Virus record (IMG/VR): IMGVR_UViG_3300044858_003284
Reading direction: 5' to 3' (one strand)
DNA from: a virus
DNA: 64,000 nt
In this document: positions 27,063-36,480 of the stretch, piece by piece
Layout of the letters: each line of letters opens with the position of its first letter
Position numbering within the stretch: position 1 is the stretch's first letter
Program-made: the position numbers and the translations under genes
The notes under the pieces: model-generated
The model's input: the letters and a program-made list of their open reading frames with translations, nothing else
Database searches by the model: none
What the model was told of the DNA's origin: nothing

Positions 27063-27895
27063 TAATTGGTGCTATAACCAACTATGATTTCGATAAGGTT
27101 GCACCTTGGGTAAAATCAATTAATGAAACGGGTTTTGTTGGTGACAAGATAATGATCGTTTTTAATTCTACATTAGAAACGGTAGAAAAACTAGTTCAAC
27201 ACGATTTTAAAGTTGTTGTTGTTGGACAAGAAGATAAAGAAAACAAACGATTCGTCCACCAATCACATCTACCAATTCATGTTGAAAGGTTCTTTCACAT
27301 CTACAATATTCTAAAAGATAATTGGGAATTTTATGATTATGTTATTACTACGGATGTTAAAGACATTATCTTTCAAAGCAATCCCGTAGATTGGTTAAAA
27401 GAAAATCTAAATGGTAAAAAATTAGTCGCTGGTTCAGAAGCAATTCAATACATGCACGAACCTTGGGGCAATCAAAATTTAATGGAAACTTATGGCCAGT
27501 ATTTTCACAATGAATTTAAAGACTGTGAAATCTATAATGTTGGTACCTTAGGTGGTGAATCTGAATACATGAAAGATTTGTGTTTGAATATATTCTTATC
27601 TGCCGTTAATCGTCCTATTCCTATAGTAGATCAGGCTGTTTTCAATGTGTTGATACAAACTTTACCTTTCAGAGATGTCATTCAATTTGCAAGACAACGT
27701 GATGGTTGGGCTTGTCAAGCAGGCACAACAGTTGATCCATCTAAGATCGAATCGTTTAGACCACACTTATTGGAAGAAGAACCAGACTTTATTGATGGTT
27801 ATGTTTACACATCTACAGGAAAGAAATTCTGTATTGTTCACCAATACGATAGAGTTCCTGAATGGAGAAAAATTATAGAAGCGAGATACAAATGA
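27044..27895 (+). CDS. GT-A fold glycosyltransferase-like
   Basis: TTDVKDIIFQSNP, DQAVFN, HQYDR. Confidence 0.75.
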   Translation: MAEKSLVIGAITNYDFDKVAPWVKSINETGFVGDKIMIVFNSTLETVEKLVQHDFKVVVVGQEDKENKRFVHQSHLPIHVERFFHIYNILKDNWEFYDYVITTDVKDIIFQSNPVDWLKENLNGKKLVAGSEAIQYMHEPWGNQNLMETYGQYFHNEFKDCEIYNVGTLGGESEYMKDLCLNIFLSAVNRPIPIVDQAVFNVLIQTLPFRDVIQFARQRDGWACQAGTTVDPSKIESFRPHLLEEEPDFIDGYVYTSTGKKFCIVHQYDRVPEWRKIIEARYK

Positions 27896-28893
27896 AAATT
27901 TTTATAACAGGATTAGCAGGATTCTTAGGCAGTCATTTGGCTGATCGAATGATTGAACTTGGCCATGAAGTCATTGGTAACGATACCTTAATTGGTGGTT
28001 ATGTTGATAATGTACCAGAAAAAGCCAAGTTATATATTGTTGATTGTTGTAATGTTGAACATATGGCACAAATCATGAAAGGATGTGATGTTGTAATTCA
28101 TACAGCTGCAACAGCACATGAAGGCCTTTCGGTTTTCAGTCCAAGCTTCATCACACGAAATATCTTTGAAGCATCTGTTGCAACAATATCAGCTGCAGTT
28201 CAAAACAAAGTAAAACGATTTGTATATTGCACATCGATGGCACGATATGGTGAACAACAAACACCATTCACTGAAGATATGAAACCACAACCAGTTGATC
28301 CATACGGTATTGCAAAAGTTGCTGGTGAAGAAGTATTAAAAGTGTTATGTGATACTCATTACATGCAATGGAATATTGCAGTACCACATAATATTGTAGG
28401 ACCAAGACAACGATATGATGATCCTTTCCGTAACGTGATGAGTATCATGATTAATCGTAATCTACAAGGAAAACCTGCTATCATTTATGGTGATGGTTTG
28501 CAAACAAGATGTTTCTCTTATGTTGATGATTGTATTTCTTGTTTAGAAAAGATGGCACTTGATCCCAATCTGGTACATCAGATAATTAATATTGGACCAG
28601 ATGAAGGAACAATTACAGTTAAAGATATGTCGAAGATGGTTGCAGAAGAATGTGGTTTTGAAGGTGAACCAATTCATATGCCTGATCGACCAAGAGAAGT
28701 TAAGCACGCCTCTTGTTCTGCTGATAAAGCAAGGCGATTGTTGAATTATGAAACGAAAACTGACCTAAGAACAGCAATAAAAGAAACGGTACAATACATC
28801 AAAGAAAAAGGACCAAAAGAGTTTGATTATTCTTATCCTTTAGAAATCATTTCAGATAAAACTCCTGCCACATGGAAAGATAGGTTGATGTAA
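27892..28893 (+). CDS. NAD-dependent NDP-sugar epimerase/dehydratase
   Basis: GLAGFLGSH, YGIAK. Confidence 0.93.
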   Translation: MKIFITGLAGFLGSHLADRMIELGHEVIGNDTLIGGYVDNVPEKAKLYIVDCCNVEHMAQIMKGCDVVIHTAATAHEGLSVFSPSFITRNIFEASVATISAAVQNKVKRFVYCTSMARYGEQQTPFTEDMKPQPVDPYGIAKVAGEEVLKVLCDTHYMQWNIAVPHNIVGPRQRYDDPFRNVMSIMINRNLQGKPAIIYGDGLQTRCFSYVDDCISCLEKMALDPNLVHQIINIGPDEGTITVKDMSKMVAEECGFEGEPIHMPDRPREVKHASCSADKARRLLNYETKTDLRTAIKETVQYIKEKGPKEFDYSYPLEIISDKTPATWKDRLM

Positions 28894-29615
28894 TGGCCAC
28901 AATCGGTTTCTTTAACTGTGTTTCAACACAACCAAAAGCTACAGAACATTCTGTTCAATCGATTCGTAAGTTTCATCCGAATAGTTTCTTTATGATTGCT
29001 TGTGATGGTGGTCCAGATTATTATACATTATGTAAAGAGTATAATATCGAATACTACCATTCACAAAAGAATCTGAGTTATCCTGTTCAACCTTATGGAT
29101 ACAGAAAAGAAAAGATACTAGAATGGTTGAGTAGGTTTTATATCGCTTGCATTAAAACGGATACAACACATCTGATGATGGTTGAAGATGATGTGGTATT
29201 GGTTAAGCCAGTAACCGTTGAAGATGATTGGGAAGTTGCTGGACATCCAACAACACACGCAAATCTATTTCATCCAGAATTTACAAAGATGATACATGAA
29301 TTTTCTGGAGTTTATCCTGATGTTCAAGGTTATGGTGCTGGCGGCGGTTCAATTTTTAAAGTAAAAACATTCATAGACAATTACTTCAAAGTTGTAGAAT
29401 TCATTGATAAAAATGCTGACTACATACAAGATAACTTTTATCCTACGATGGGTTGGATGGACTGTTATATGACTTACTACTATTTGTTATGTGGCAAAAA
29501 ATATACAAACAATCCTTATTTGTTTAATATTTGGCCAACTGATAAAAATTATGATATTAACAATGTGCCTTCTGAAATGGAAATAGTTCACAACTATAAA
29601 AATTATTATGTATGA
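28893..29615 (+). CDS. GT-A fold glycosyltransferase-like
   Basis: SIRKFHP, CDGG, MVEDDV. Confidence 0.65.
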   Translation: MATIGFFNCVSTQPKATEHSVQSIRKFHPNSFFMIACDGGPDYYTLCKEYNIEYYHSQKNLSYPVQPYGYRKEKILEWLSRFYIACIKTDTTHLMMVEDDVVLVKPVTVEDDWEVAGHPTTHANLFHPEFTKMIHEFSGVYPDVQGYGAGGGSIFKVKTFIDNYFKVVEFIDKNADYIQDNFYPTMGWMDCYMTYYYLLCGKKYTNNPYLFNIWPTDKNYDINNVPSEMEIVHNYKNYYV

Positions 29616-30243
29616 AAATTATAAGGTAGTATCGCCTGGACATCTATTTCAAATTAGAACTGGTCCTGGTCCTGACTATAGTGAAACATATTCTAAAACG
29701 AGATATGATCTTTATCCAACAACGGATAAAATGTCACAATTAAGATATTCTATAATCGAATCAAATATTGGTCGTGTCAAATCGATCTGTGATTTTGGTT
29801 ATGGCAACGGAAGTTTTTTGAAATATTGTTACATAGAAGGCACTAAGGCTTATGGTTATGATATATCAAATTATCAATTACCTTCTTATATCACAAAAGT
29901 GGACAATCCTGATGAGGTTGAGGTTGATGTAATGACATTCTTTGATTCTTTGGAACATTTGGATGTTGAAGATTTGACACCAATACTCAAAGCAAAAAAA
30001 GCAAAATACTTTGTTATCTCTGTTCCTTGGTATCACGAATCATGTGGTAAGGAATGGTTCATGAATTGGAAACACCGTAGAGAAAATGAACATTTCCACC
30101 ATTTTGATTGTAACGGTTTGACAAAATTACTGATTGATGCTGGTTGTAAAATAATTCATGTTTGTAATGATGAAGATAAAATAAGAACACCATTTAGTGA
30201 TTTACCCAACATATTGACAATAGTGGCGAAAAAGAATGATTGA
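29608..30243 (+). CDS. Class I SAM methyltransferase
   Basis: CDFGYGNG, FFDSLEH. Confidence 0.85.
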   Translation: MYENYKVVSPGHLFQIRTGPGPDYSETYSKTRYDLYPTTDKMSQLRYSIIESNIGRVKSICDFGYGNGSFLKYCYIEGTKAYGYDISNYQLPSYITKVDNPDEVEVDVMTFFDSLEHLDVEDLTPILKAKKAKYFVISVPWYHESCGKEWFMNWKHRRENEHFHHFDCNGLTKLLIDAGCKIIHVCNDEDKIRTPFSDLPNILTIVAKKND

Positions 30244-30859
30244 AAATTATGAGATGATTGAACCAGGCCACTGGTTTCAAAAAAATCAAACTGGTGAAAT
30301 TATGAAGTATGATACTCGCTATATGGAATATTATACTAAGATGAATCTTGCCATGTCTAAGTTAAGATTTGATTTATTAGACAAATATACTAGTTTCGAT
30401 TCTATCTGTGACTTTGGTTATGGTGACGGCAAATTCTTAGAATATTGCCACCAACAAAAAGTTTCTAAATGCTATGGCCATGACATTTCAAATTTTCCAC
30501 TACCACAAGGTGTTGAATTTGTACCTGATGTTACCAAACAAAGTTTTGATGTGGTAACATTCTTTGATTCGATTGAACATATACCACAACCAAACATACA
30601 CGAACTGTTGGCCTCTTTACAAACCAAATATATTATGATATCATTACCATGGATGCACGAAAACATGGGTGCTGAATGGTTTAGAACGTGGAAACACAGA
30701 AAAGAAAATGAACACTTTCACCACTTTGATGTTCATGGTCTAATTAAATTGGCACATAAAGCAGGATACACACCTATACATATTTGTAATCATGAAGATG
30801 AAATTCGTAAATCAGTTTCCAATCTTCCCAATATATTAACTATGATTGCTAAAAAATGA
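30236..30859 (+). CDS. Class I SAM methyltransferase (tandem paralog)
   Basis: CDFGYGDG, FFDSIEH, WKHRKENEHFHHFD shared with previous gene. Confidence 0.85.
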   Translation: MIENYEMIEPGHWFQKNQTGEIMKYDTRYMEYYTKMNLAMSKLRFDLLDKYTSFDSICDFGYGDGKFLEYCHQQKVSKCYGHDISNFPLPQGVEFVPDVTKQSFDVVTFFDSIEHIPQPNIHELLASLQTKYIMISLPWMHENMGAEWFRTWKHRKENEHFHHFDVHGLIKLAHKAGYTPIHICNHEDEIRKSVSNLPNILTMIAKK

Positions 30860-31644
30860 ATGATATTACAATTGTAACCGCCTTCTTTGATATTGGTCGT
30901 GGTGATTGGACACCAGACAAAGGATTGCCACATTATCTACAAAGAACAACTCAAACTTATTTGGAAAGATTCAGTCATCTAGCTAAACTAGAAAACGATA
31001 TGGTGGTGTATACCTCTAAAGATATGGTTAAAGAGATTGAGTTTCTAAGACAAGATCGACCAACACAAATATTGACAGTCGATTTCCAAAAAAGCTTTAT
31101 TGAGTTAAGACAAAAAATTACAGATGTTCAGAAAAGTCCTGAGTATCAGAGTAAAATAAATCCCATGCAAGTAAAAAATCCAGAATACTGGAATGCTGAC
31201 TACGTTCTCGTCAATGCTTTAAAATCATCTTTTGTTAATAGGTCTTTAGACCTCATCAAAACTGATTTGATTGCTTGGTTAGACTTTGGTTATTGTAGAA
31301 GTGAAGAAACATTAAATGGTGTTAAGAAGTGGAAGTATTCTTTTGATAAGAATAAAATACACTTCTTTAATATCAAAGAATGGAAAGAAGGAACATACAT
31401 CCAAGACGTTATTGCAAATAATGATGTTCATATAACTGGACCGTGTATTGTTGCAGGCCGAGAGATGTGGCCAAAATTGGAAGCTATGGTTCATCATAGT
31501 GTTCATGAACTTCTAAAAAATAATTTAATTGATGACGACCAAACATTATTATTAATGTCTTACTTAATGAAACCAGAATTATTTGAATTGCATCCAGTTT
31601 CAAATTCAGATTGGTTTATTGCTTTTAAGGAATTTAGTGAATGA
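30856..31644 (+). CDS. HtrL/YibB (WlaTC)-like glycosyltransferase
   Basis: ITIVTAFFDIGRGDW, WLDFGY, DDDQTLL. Confidence 0.8.
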   Translation: MNDITIVTAFFDIGRGDWTPDKGLPHYLQRTTQTYLERFSHLAKLENDMVVYTSKDMVKEIEFLRQDRPTQILTVDFQKSFIELRQKITDVQKSPEYQSKINPMQVKNPEYWNADYVLVNALKSSFVNRSLDLIKTDLIAWLDFGYCRSEETLNGVKKWKYSFDKNKIHFFNIKEWKEGTYIQDVIANNDVHITGPCIVAGREMWPKLEAMVHHSVHELLKNNLIDDDQTLLLMSYLMKPELFELHPVSNSDWFIAFKEFSE

Positions 31645-32396
31645 AAATATTCTTATCAGGAACATCTAACTTAGGTGATTTTCTAAATGGTATGCCAGTA
31701 TTGTCTGGTATACAGAAGTCTTATGGAAATATTGATTTGATTATACGACCAGAAATGGCCAAGTTTAAGGGTATCAAACAATTCTTAGCACATCAAGGTC
31801 TTTTCTCTGATGTCAATTTTGCAAATGAAGTTTTTGTTTATGGTAATATTACTCACATGAGTAGTTGGCCAATTCGTGAAGATAAGAATGATACAAACCG
31901 ACCAATAGAAACTTGTCGTTATGAAAACTTCATGAAAGATAATTATAAATTAAATTTTGAAGTTGATGATAGTTTTGAAATTCAAATTCCTGAAATGAAT
32001 ATTGAAATCCACCAAGACACACCATATATTGGTGACCGATGGTCTGAAGGTACCGTTGATGACCGTAGAAGGTCAAACACATTATCTGGTTTACAGAAAT
32101 GTCATTATATTGATTACAGTAATGATTTGTTGACCAATGCCTACATCATTAAAAATAGTAAACATCCTTTTATTGCAAGCCTTTCAGGAGTTTCTGTATT
32201 AGCGGACTTATTGAATAAAGATGGTTATGTAATTTGGAAAGCAGAAGATTGGGATATACAGTTTAGAAATGGTGATGACATTTCTTGGGATAATGGTAAG
32301 AACATCAATACAATTTTTGAGAAGCACTATTATCTAAACAGAAAAATGAAATTATTACATCAAAATAAATTGGAAGAAATATTAAATGGTTATTAA
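31641..32396 (+). CDS. GT9 (heptosyltransferase)-like protein
   Basis: NLGDFLNGMPVL, FIASLSG..LA. Confidence 0.55.
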   Translation: MKIFLSGTSNLGDFLNGMPVLSGIQKSYGNIDLIIRPEMAKFKGIKQFLAHQGLFSDVNFANEVFVYGNITHMSSWPIREDKNDTNRPIETCRYENFMKDNYKLNFEVDDSFEIQIPEMNIEIHQDTPYIGDRWSEGTVDDRRRSNTLSGLQKCHYIDYSNDLLTNAYIIKNSKHPFIASLSGVSVLADLLNKDGYVIWKAEDWDIQFRNGDDISWDNGKNINTIFEKHYYLNRKMKLLHQNKLEEILNGY

Positions 32397-33081
32397 TATT
32401 GCGCCAAACACTTTTGGTGGACCATTGAGAAATGGTGATATGATTGCTCTGCTGAATGCTTTAGAATATATTCGTAGAAAAAATCCTGATTCAAAGTTTC
32501 ATATGATGGAAGGCACGATCAATTCTGCCAAGTATTGTCAAGACTTATTTAAATTTCTTTGTGAAAATACGGACTACTTTTCTTCTGAAGCCGGTCAACA
32601 AACTTTGCCATGGAGAAAAGTAAATCTTTGGGACTTTAGAGATATATCTGGTGATATTGCCAAAATTAAAAATACAAAGACTACACAGAAAAAGATAGTT
32701 GTGTTTCCTTTGTTTGATGCTCCGTATAATACATACAGGAATTGGCCAAGCCAATTACTTGACCAGATACTAACTGAATATAATCTACCAGACTATGAAA
32801 AAATAATCTGTGTTCAAAATGAACTTCCACAAACCTATGATAATTGGAAATATAGCACAGATTTTATGACCAATGTTTACCACATTATGGAAGCAGAGAT
32901 ATTCATAGGTGCCGAAACTGGTTCTGCCATTCTCGCTTCGGCGCTTGACAAACCACCACAAAAACTGATATACTATTATTCCAGTCGAGGTTTGATACAC
33001 ACCCTACCATTCAATGTTCTAAAAGGTCAAGGAGAGTTAAGAACCTATTGGGGTGATTTTGAAGGTACTTCCTGGCAGTAA
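32386..33081 (+). CDS. GT9-like protein
   Basis: RNGDMI, RNWP, FIGAETG..LASAL. Confidence 0.6.
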   Translation: MVINIAPNTFGGPLRNGDMIALLNALEYIRRKNPDSKFHMMEGTINSAKYCQDLFKFLCENTDYFSSEAGQQTLPWRKVNLWDFRDISGDIAKIKNTKTTQKKIVVFPLFDAPYNTYRNWPSQLLDQILTEYNLPDYEKIICVQNELPQTYDNWKYSTDFMTNVYHIMEAEIFIGAETGSAILASALDKPPQKLIYYYSSRGLIHTLPFNVLKGQGELRTYWGDFEGTSWQ

Positions 33082-33153
33082 AATCCAACATTTTTGACAA
33101 CTATGTATCAAACCCAATTTTTCTATCATTTGGGTATGGTAAGTAAGATGTTG

Positions 33154-33161
33154 TATAAATA
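33154..33161 (+). promoter_or_regulatory. T4 late promoter box
   Basis: TATAAATA upstream of internal-protein block. Confidence 0.7.
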
Positions 33162-33217
33162 ATCAAACCAGATTCGTATTTTGCAACCATAGTGTGTTGC
33201 ATTCTAGAAGGAAATTA

Positions 33218-34363
33218 ATGCAGTCATTTATAACGTTCTTGAGGGAAGCCACATCCATCGATGATGAGATGTTGGGTCATCTTACTCATACGAAAGACCT
33301 GCCACACGAAGATCCAAGACATACTCAAACTGCAATAGACCTACTACACCAATTTCACAAAAAAAGAATGGGACAAGAAAGCTCTGTTGGTGCATCATTA
33401 AAAACTGACGGTGGTGCCTCTGTTCACGTCATACACGATAAAGAAGGTGTTGGTGTTTCAGATAAACACAGAATTGCCAGAGGTGTCATAGCAAGAACAC
33501 CTAAAGAAGTTGACCAGCATTTTGGTCATAAACCAGACTATGCTGCTTCACTCAAAAGATTATTAAAACATGGCCACGAATTCGTCAATAAAGGTCACCA
33601 TGTTCAAGGAGATTTACTGCATACACCAGATTCTCCTGGAGAAAAATCTGATGGTCATACTACCACAACACCAAATAGAATCACATACAAAGCCAAAACA
33701 AAAGCACCAATTGGTTTAGCAGTTCATACTGAGATTACAAAAGGTGTGGCTCATGGTGTTAGTAAAAAGGCACTTAAACATAGTGATAATGTTTTTGTTC
33801 CTGAACACGAATACAAACCTGATCCAGATACTTATTCAGAAAAAGATAGGCAAGCCACAGAGAAACATTTAGAAAAAGCAAAAGAGTTACTAAAGAATCA
33901 TAGCACAGAACATTTGACACCAGAACACATTAATGTAAAGAAAGGTGGACACTTTACTACATACTTAAATAGAACAACAAGAAAAGGTCAAACTGCTTCC
34001 GTGGAAGGTTATAAAAAACATTTAGATGATGAAGCAAAGAAATCAGTTGGTAAATTAAAGACTCCTGTTGGTCAAGTAAGAAAACAAGCAGAGTATGATA
34101 AGTTGAAAAAACATGTTGATGATAATTCTAAACACTTTCAAAGGTCTTTAGATATTAGACATCACTTGGGTCAAGCTACAGAACATTTATTAAAAGGCGT
34201 AACACATCCAGATATGGAAACAAGTATAGATGGCAAAAAGTCCCAAGGTGAAGGTATTGTATTGCAACAAAAAGACAAAGCAGGAAAGATGAGACCGGTA
34301 TCTAAACTAGTTCCTGTAAAAGTTTCAAACTCAATTTTAAACAATCCTAGGTTTGCAAAGTAA
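33218..34363 (+). CDS. Ligase-like (KxDG) nucleotidyltransferase-fold protein, DUF6267-like
   Basis: KTDGG, QGDLL, EGIV, KLV in ligase motif order; N-terminal MQSFITFLRE. Confidence 0.6.
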   Translation: MQSFITFLREATSIDDEMLGHLTHTKDLPHEDPRHTQTAIDLLHQFHKKRMGQESSVGASLKTDGGASVHVIHDKEGVGVSDKHRIARGVIARTPKEVDQHFGHKPDYAASLKRLLKHGHEFVNKGHHVQGDLLHTPDSPGEKSDGHTTTTPNRITYKAKTKAPIGLAVHTEITKGVAHGVSKKALKHSDNVFVPEHEYKPDPDTYSEKDRQATEKHLEKAKELLKNHSTEHLTPEHINVKKGGHFTTYLNRTTRKGQTASVEGYKKHLDDEAKKSVGKLKTPVGQVRKQAEYDKLKKHVDDNSKHFQRSLDIRHHLGQATEHLLKGVTHPDMETSIDGKKSQGEGIVLQQKDKAGKMRPVSKLVPVKVSNSILNNPRFAK

Positions 34364-34364
34364 G

Positions 34365-36158
34365 ATGAAATCATTTTTAGACATAATCAAAGAAGAACAA
34401 CAAGGTGAAAAACACCATGTTATTACCTTTGGCCGAATGAGTCCTCCTACTGCAGGCCATTTAAAATTAATTGATAAAGTAAAAGAAGTTGCAAAGAAGA
34501 ATAATGCAACTCATTCTATCATTGTTTCACATACACAAGATACAAAAAAGAATCCTTTAACGGCTCAACAAAAGGTTAAACATCTAAAACGGTATGTTTC
34601 TGGTCCAATAACAGAAGCAAAAGAATCTGGCGGTACTAATATCGTAGCGGCTTCAAAAGAGAAACCAACAATTCTACACCATGCAGCAGAAGCACATAAG
34701 AGTGGCGTAACACATCTTCATGTGGTCGTTGGTTCTGATCGTGTTAAAGAGATGCACCATTTATTACACAAATATAATGGTGTTGAGGCTGGCCATGGAA
34801 AATACCACTTTAAAAAGATTACGGTACATTCTGCTGGACATCGTGATCCAGACGCTGAAGGCACAGAAGGTATGTCCGCTACTAAGATGAGAGAACATGC
34901 AAAGAACAAGAACTTTGGTGAGTTTAGGAAAGGTGTGCCATCTCACGTTTCAGATACTCATGCAAAAGAGTTAATGCACGATACTCGTAAAGGTATGGGA
35001 CTACATGAAACTACAGATCGTGGTATGTTCAAAGCTATTTTTGTTACCGGCGGACCTGGTTCTGGTAAAGATATCATCATTCGTGAAGCCATTTCTGAAG
35101 CCAAGATTGTTGAACTAAATTTCATACAGGCTCAAGAGTATTTGGCTGATAAACAAAAATTGTCTGAAAAAACAAGTGATTACAGGCAAGAAGCAATTCG
35201 AAATCGTGGTCCTTTAATCATTAATGGTCCTGCAGATGATACAACCAGAATATCATATATCAAAGAAGAATTAGAAGAATTAGGATATGAAACAATAATG
35301 GTATTTGTGAATACCACCAATGAGACCAGTAGAGAAAGAAACTCTTTATTGTCCAGGATGATGGTTGAATCGATACGACAAGAAAAATGGTTGAAATCTC
35401 AGAAAAATACTAAATATTTTAAAGAGACCTTTGAGAAATTTGTATCTTTTGATAATACAGGAGATATAGATAGTAAAGAGCAAGATATACATGAAATCTA
35501 TGAAAAAACTAATGATTTCTTGGATACCAAAGTTCTTAACGAAACCGCCGAAGATTGGTTGATTCGAAACTCTAAATTAAATATTAATTCATTATACAAG
35601 GAACAAAAAAATGTTAAAAGCCCTAATCGATTTCTTAAAAGTAAAGCCAACGCAAACCGTAGACCCTTGCAAGACAACAACTCCCCCTTCATCCAATTCC
35701 AGCGAAAGCTCGGAAAAATCGATGACGTCCGTGACGGAGACATCGCCAGCAACTCAGGTTACACCTTCCGCACCTACGAAGAAGGCCAGCCCAAAGTCGA
35801 AGTCCAGCCCCAAGCCAAAGAGCCAAACTTCCAAAAAGACAAAGAGCAAATAAATAAAAAGAAACGATGGGTCAATAGCGCCTCTGGTGCTATTCGATCC
35901 CAAGGTGTAGGACCAGAATTCGATACTCGCCAACAGGGAACAGTATACCCTATGTCAGGAATGGGCGATGTAACCTACCGTGAAGAATTTAAAAAGTTTA
36001 AAGAATTTGTAGAAGCCATAGACGATCCAGGTGCCAATGATATGGGACTTGCTGGGTCGATGTCTGGCGCAAGTAACAAAGAACCTTTAATGACCCCAGC
36101 AGATAAATTTGCTTTATCTGGTGTAACTATAAAGAAGAAGAAAAATGCTAAAATTTAA
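34365..36158 (+). CDS. HIGH-type nucleotidyltransferase fused to P-loop kinase-like domain
   Basis: TFGRMSPPTAGH, KNPL, VVGSDR, MSATKMR; then GGPGSGKD. Confidence 0.8.
   Translation: MKSFLDIIKEEQQGEKHHVITFGRMSPPTAGHLKLIDKVKEVAKKNNATHSIIVSHTQDTKKNPLTAQQKVKHLKRYVSGPITEAKESGGTNIVAASKEKPTILHHAAEAHKSGVTHLHVVVGSDRVKEMHHLLHKYNGVEAGHGKYHFKKITVHSAGHRDPDAEGTEGMSATKMREHAKNKNFGEFRKGVPSHVSDTHAKELMHDTRKGMGLHETTDRGMFKAIFVTGGPGSGKDIIIREAISEAKIVELNFIQAQEYLADKQKLSEKTSDYRQEAIRNRGPLIINGPADDTTRISYIKEELEELGYETIMVFVNTTNETSRERNSLLSRMMVESIRQEKWLKSQKNTKYFKETFEKFVSFDNTGDIDSKEQDIHEIYEKTNDFLDTKVLNETAEDWLIRNSKLNINSLYKEQKNVKSPNRFLKSKANANRRPLQDNNSPFIQFQRKLGKIDDVRDGDIASNSGYTFRTYEEGQPKVEVQPQAKEPNFQKDKEQINKKKRWVNSASGAIRSQGVGPEFDTRQQGTVYPMSGMGDVTYREEFKKFKEFVEAIDDPGANDMGLAGSMSGASNKEPLMTPADKFALSGVTIKKKKNAKI
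35611..35853 (+). CDS. Nested out-of-frame Ser/Thr/Pro/Lys-rich protein (80 aa)
   Basis: AAGGA RBS before ATG; local C-rich composition shift. Confidence 0.5.
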   Translation: MLKALIDFLKVKPTQTVDPCKTTTPPSSNSSESSEKSMTSVTETSPATQVTPSAPTKKASPKSKSSPKPKSQTSKKTKSK

Positions 36159-36465
36159 ACAATTCATATCTGAGGAATATCTTGATGAAAAGTCGCCAGC
36201 ATGGCAACGTTCTGCCGGTAAAGATCCAGAAGGTGGTTTAAATCGTAAAGGTATCGCTTCTTATCGTAGAGAAAATCCAGGCTCTAAGTTATCGATGGCT
36301 GTTACTACTAAACCATCAAAACTGAAAGCAGGATCAAAAGCGGCTAATCGTAGAAAATCATTCTGTGCTCGTATGGGTGGAATGAAGAAACGATTGACAT
36401 CCGCTAAGACAGCAAGAGATCCAGATTCTAGAATTAACAAAGCATTACGCAAGTGGAACTGCTAA
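36145..36465 (+). CDS. Basic conserved phage protein (DUF6321-like)
   Basis: GKDPEGGLN, RRKSFCARM, ALRKWNC. Confidence 0.75.
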   Translation: MLKFKQFISEEYLDEKSPAWQRSAGKDPEGGLNRKGIASYRRENPGSKLSMAVTTKPSKLKAGSKAANRRKSFCARMGGMKKRLTSAKTARDPDSRINKALRKWNC

Positions 36466-36480
36466 TAAACGGAGAATAAA

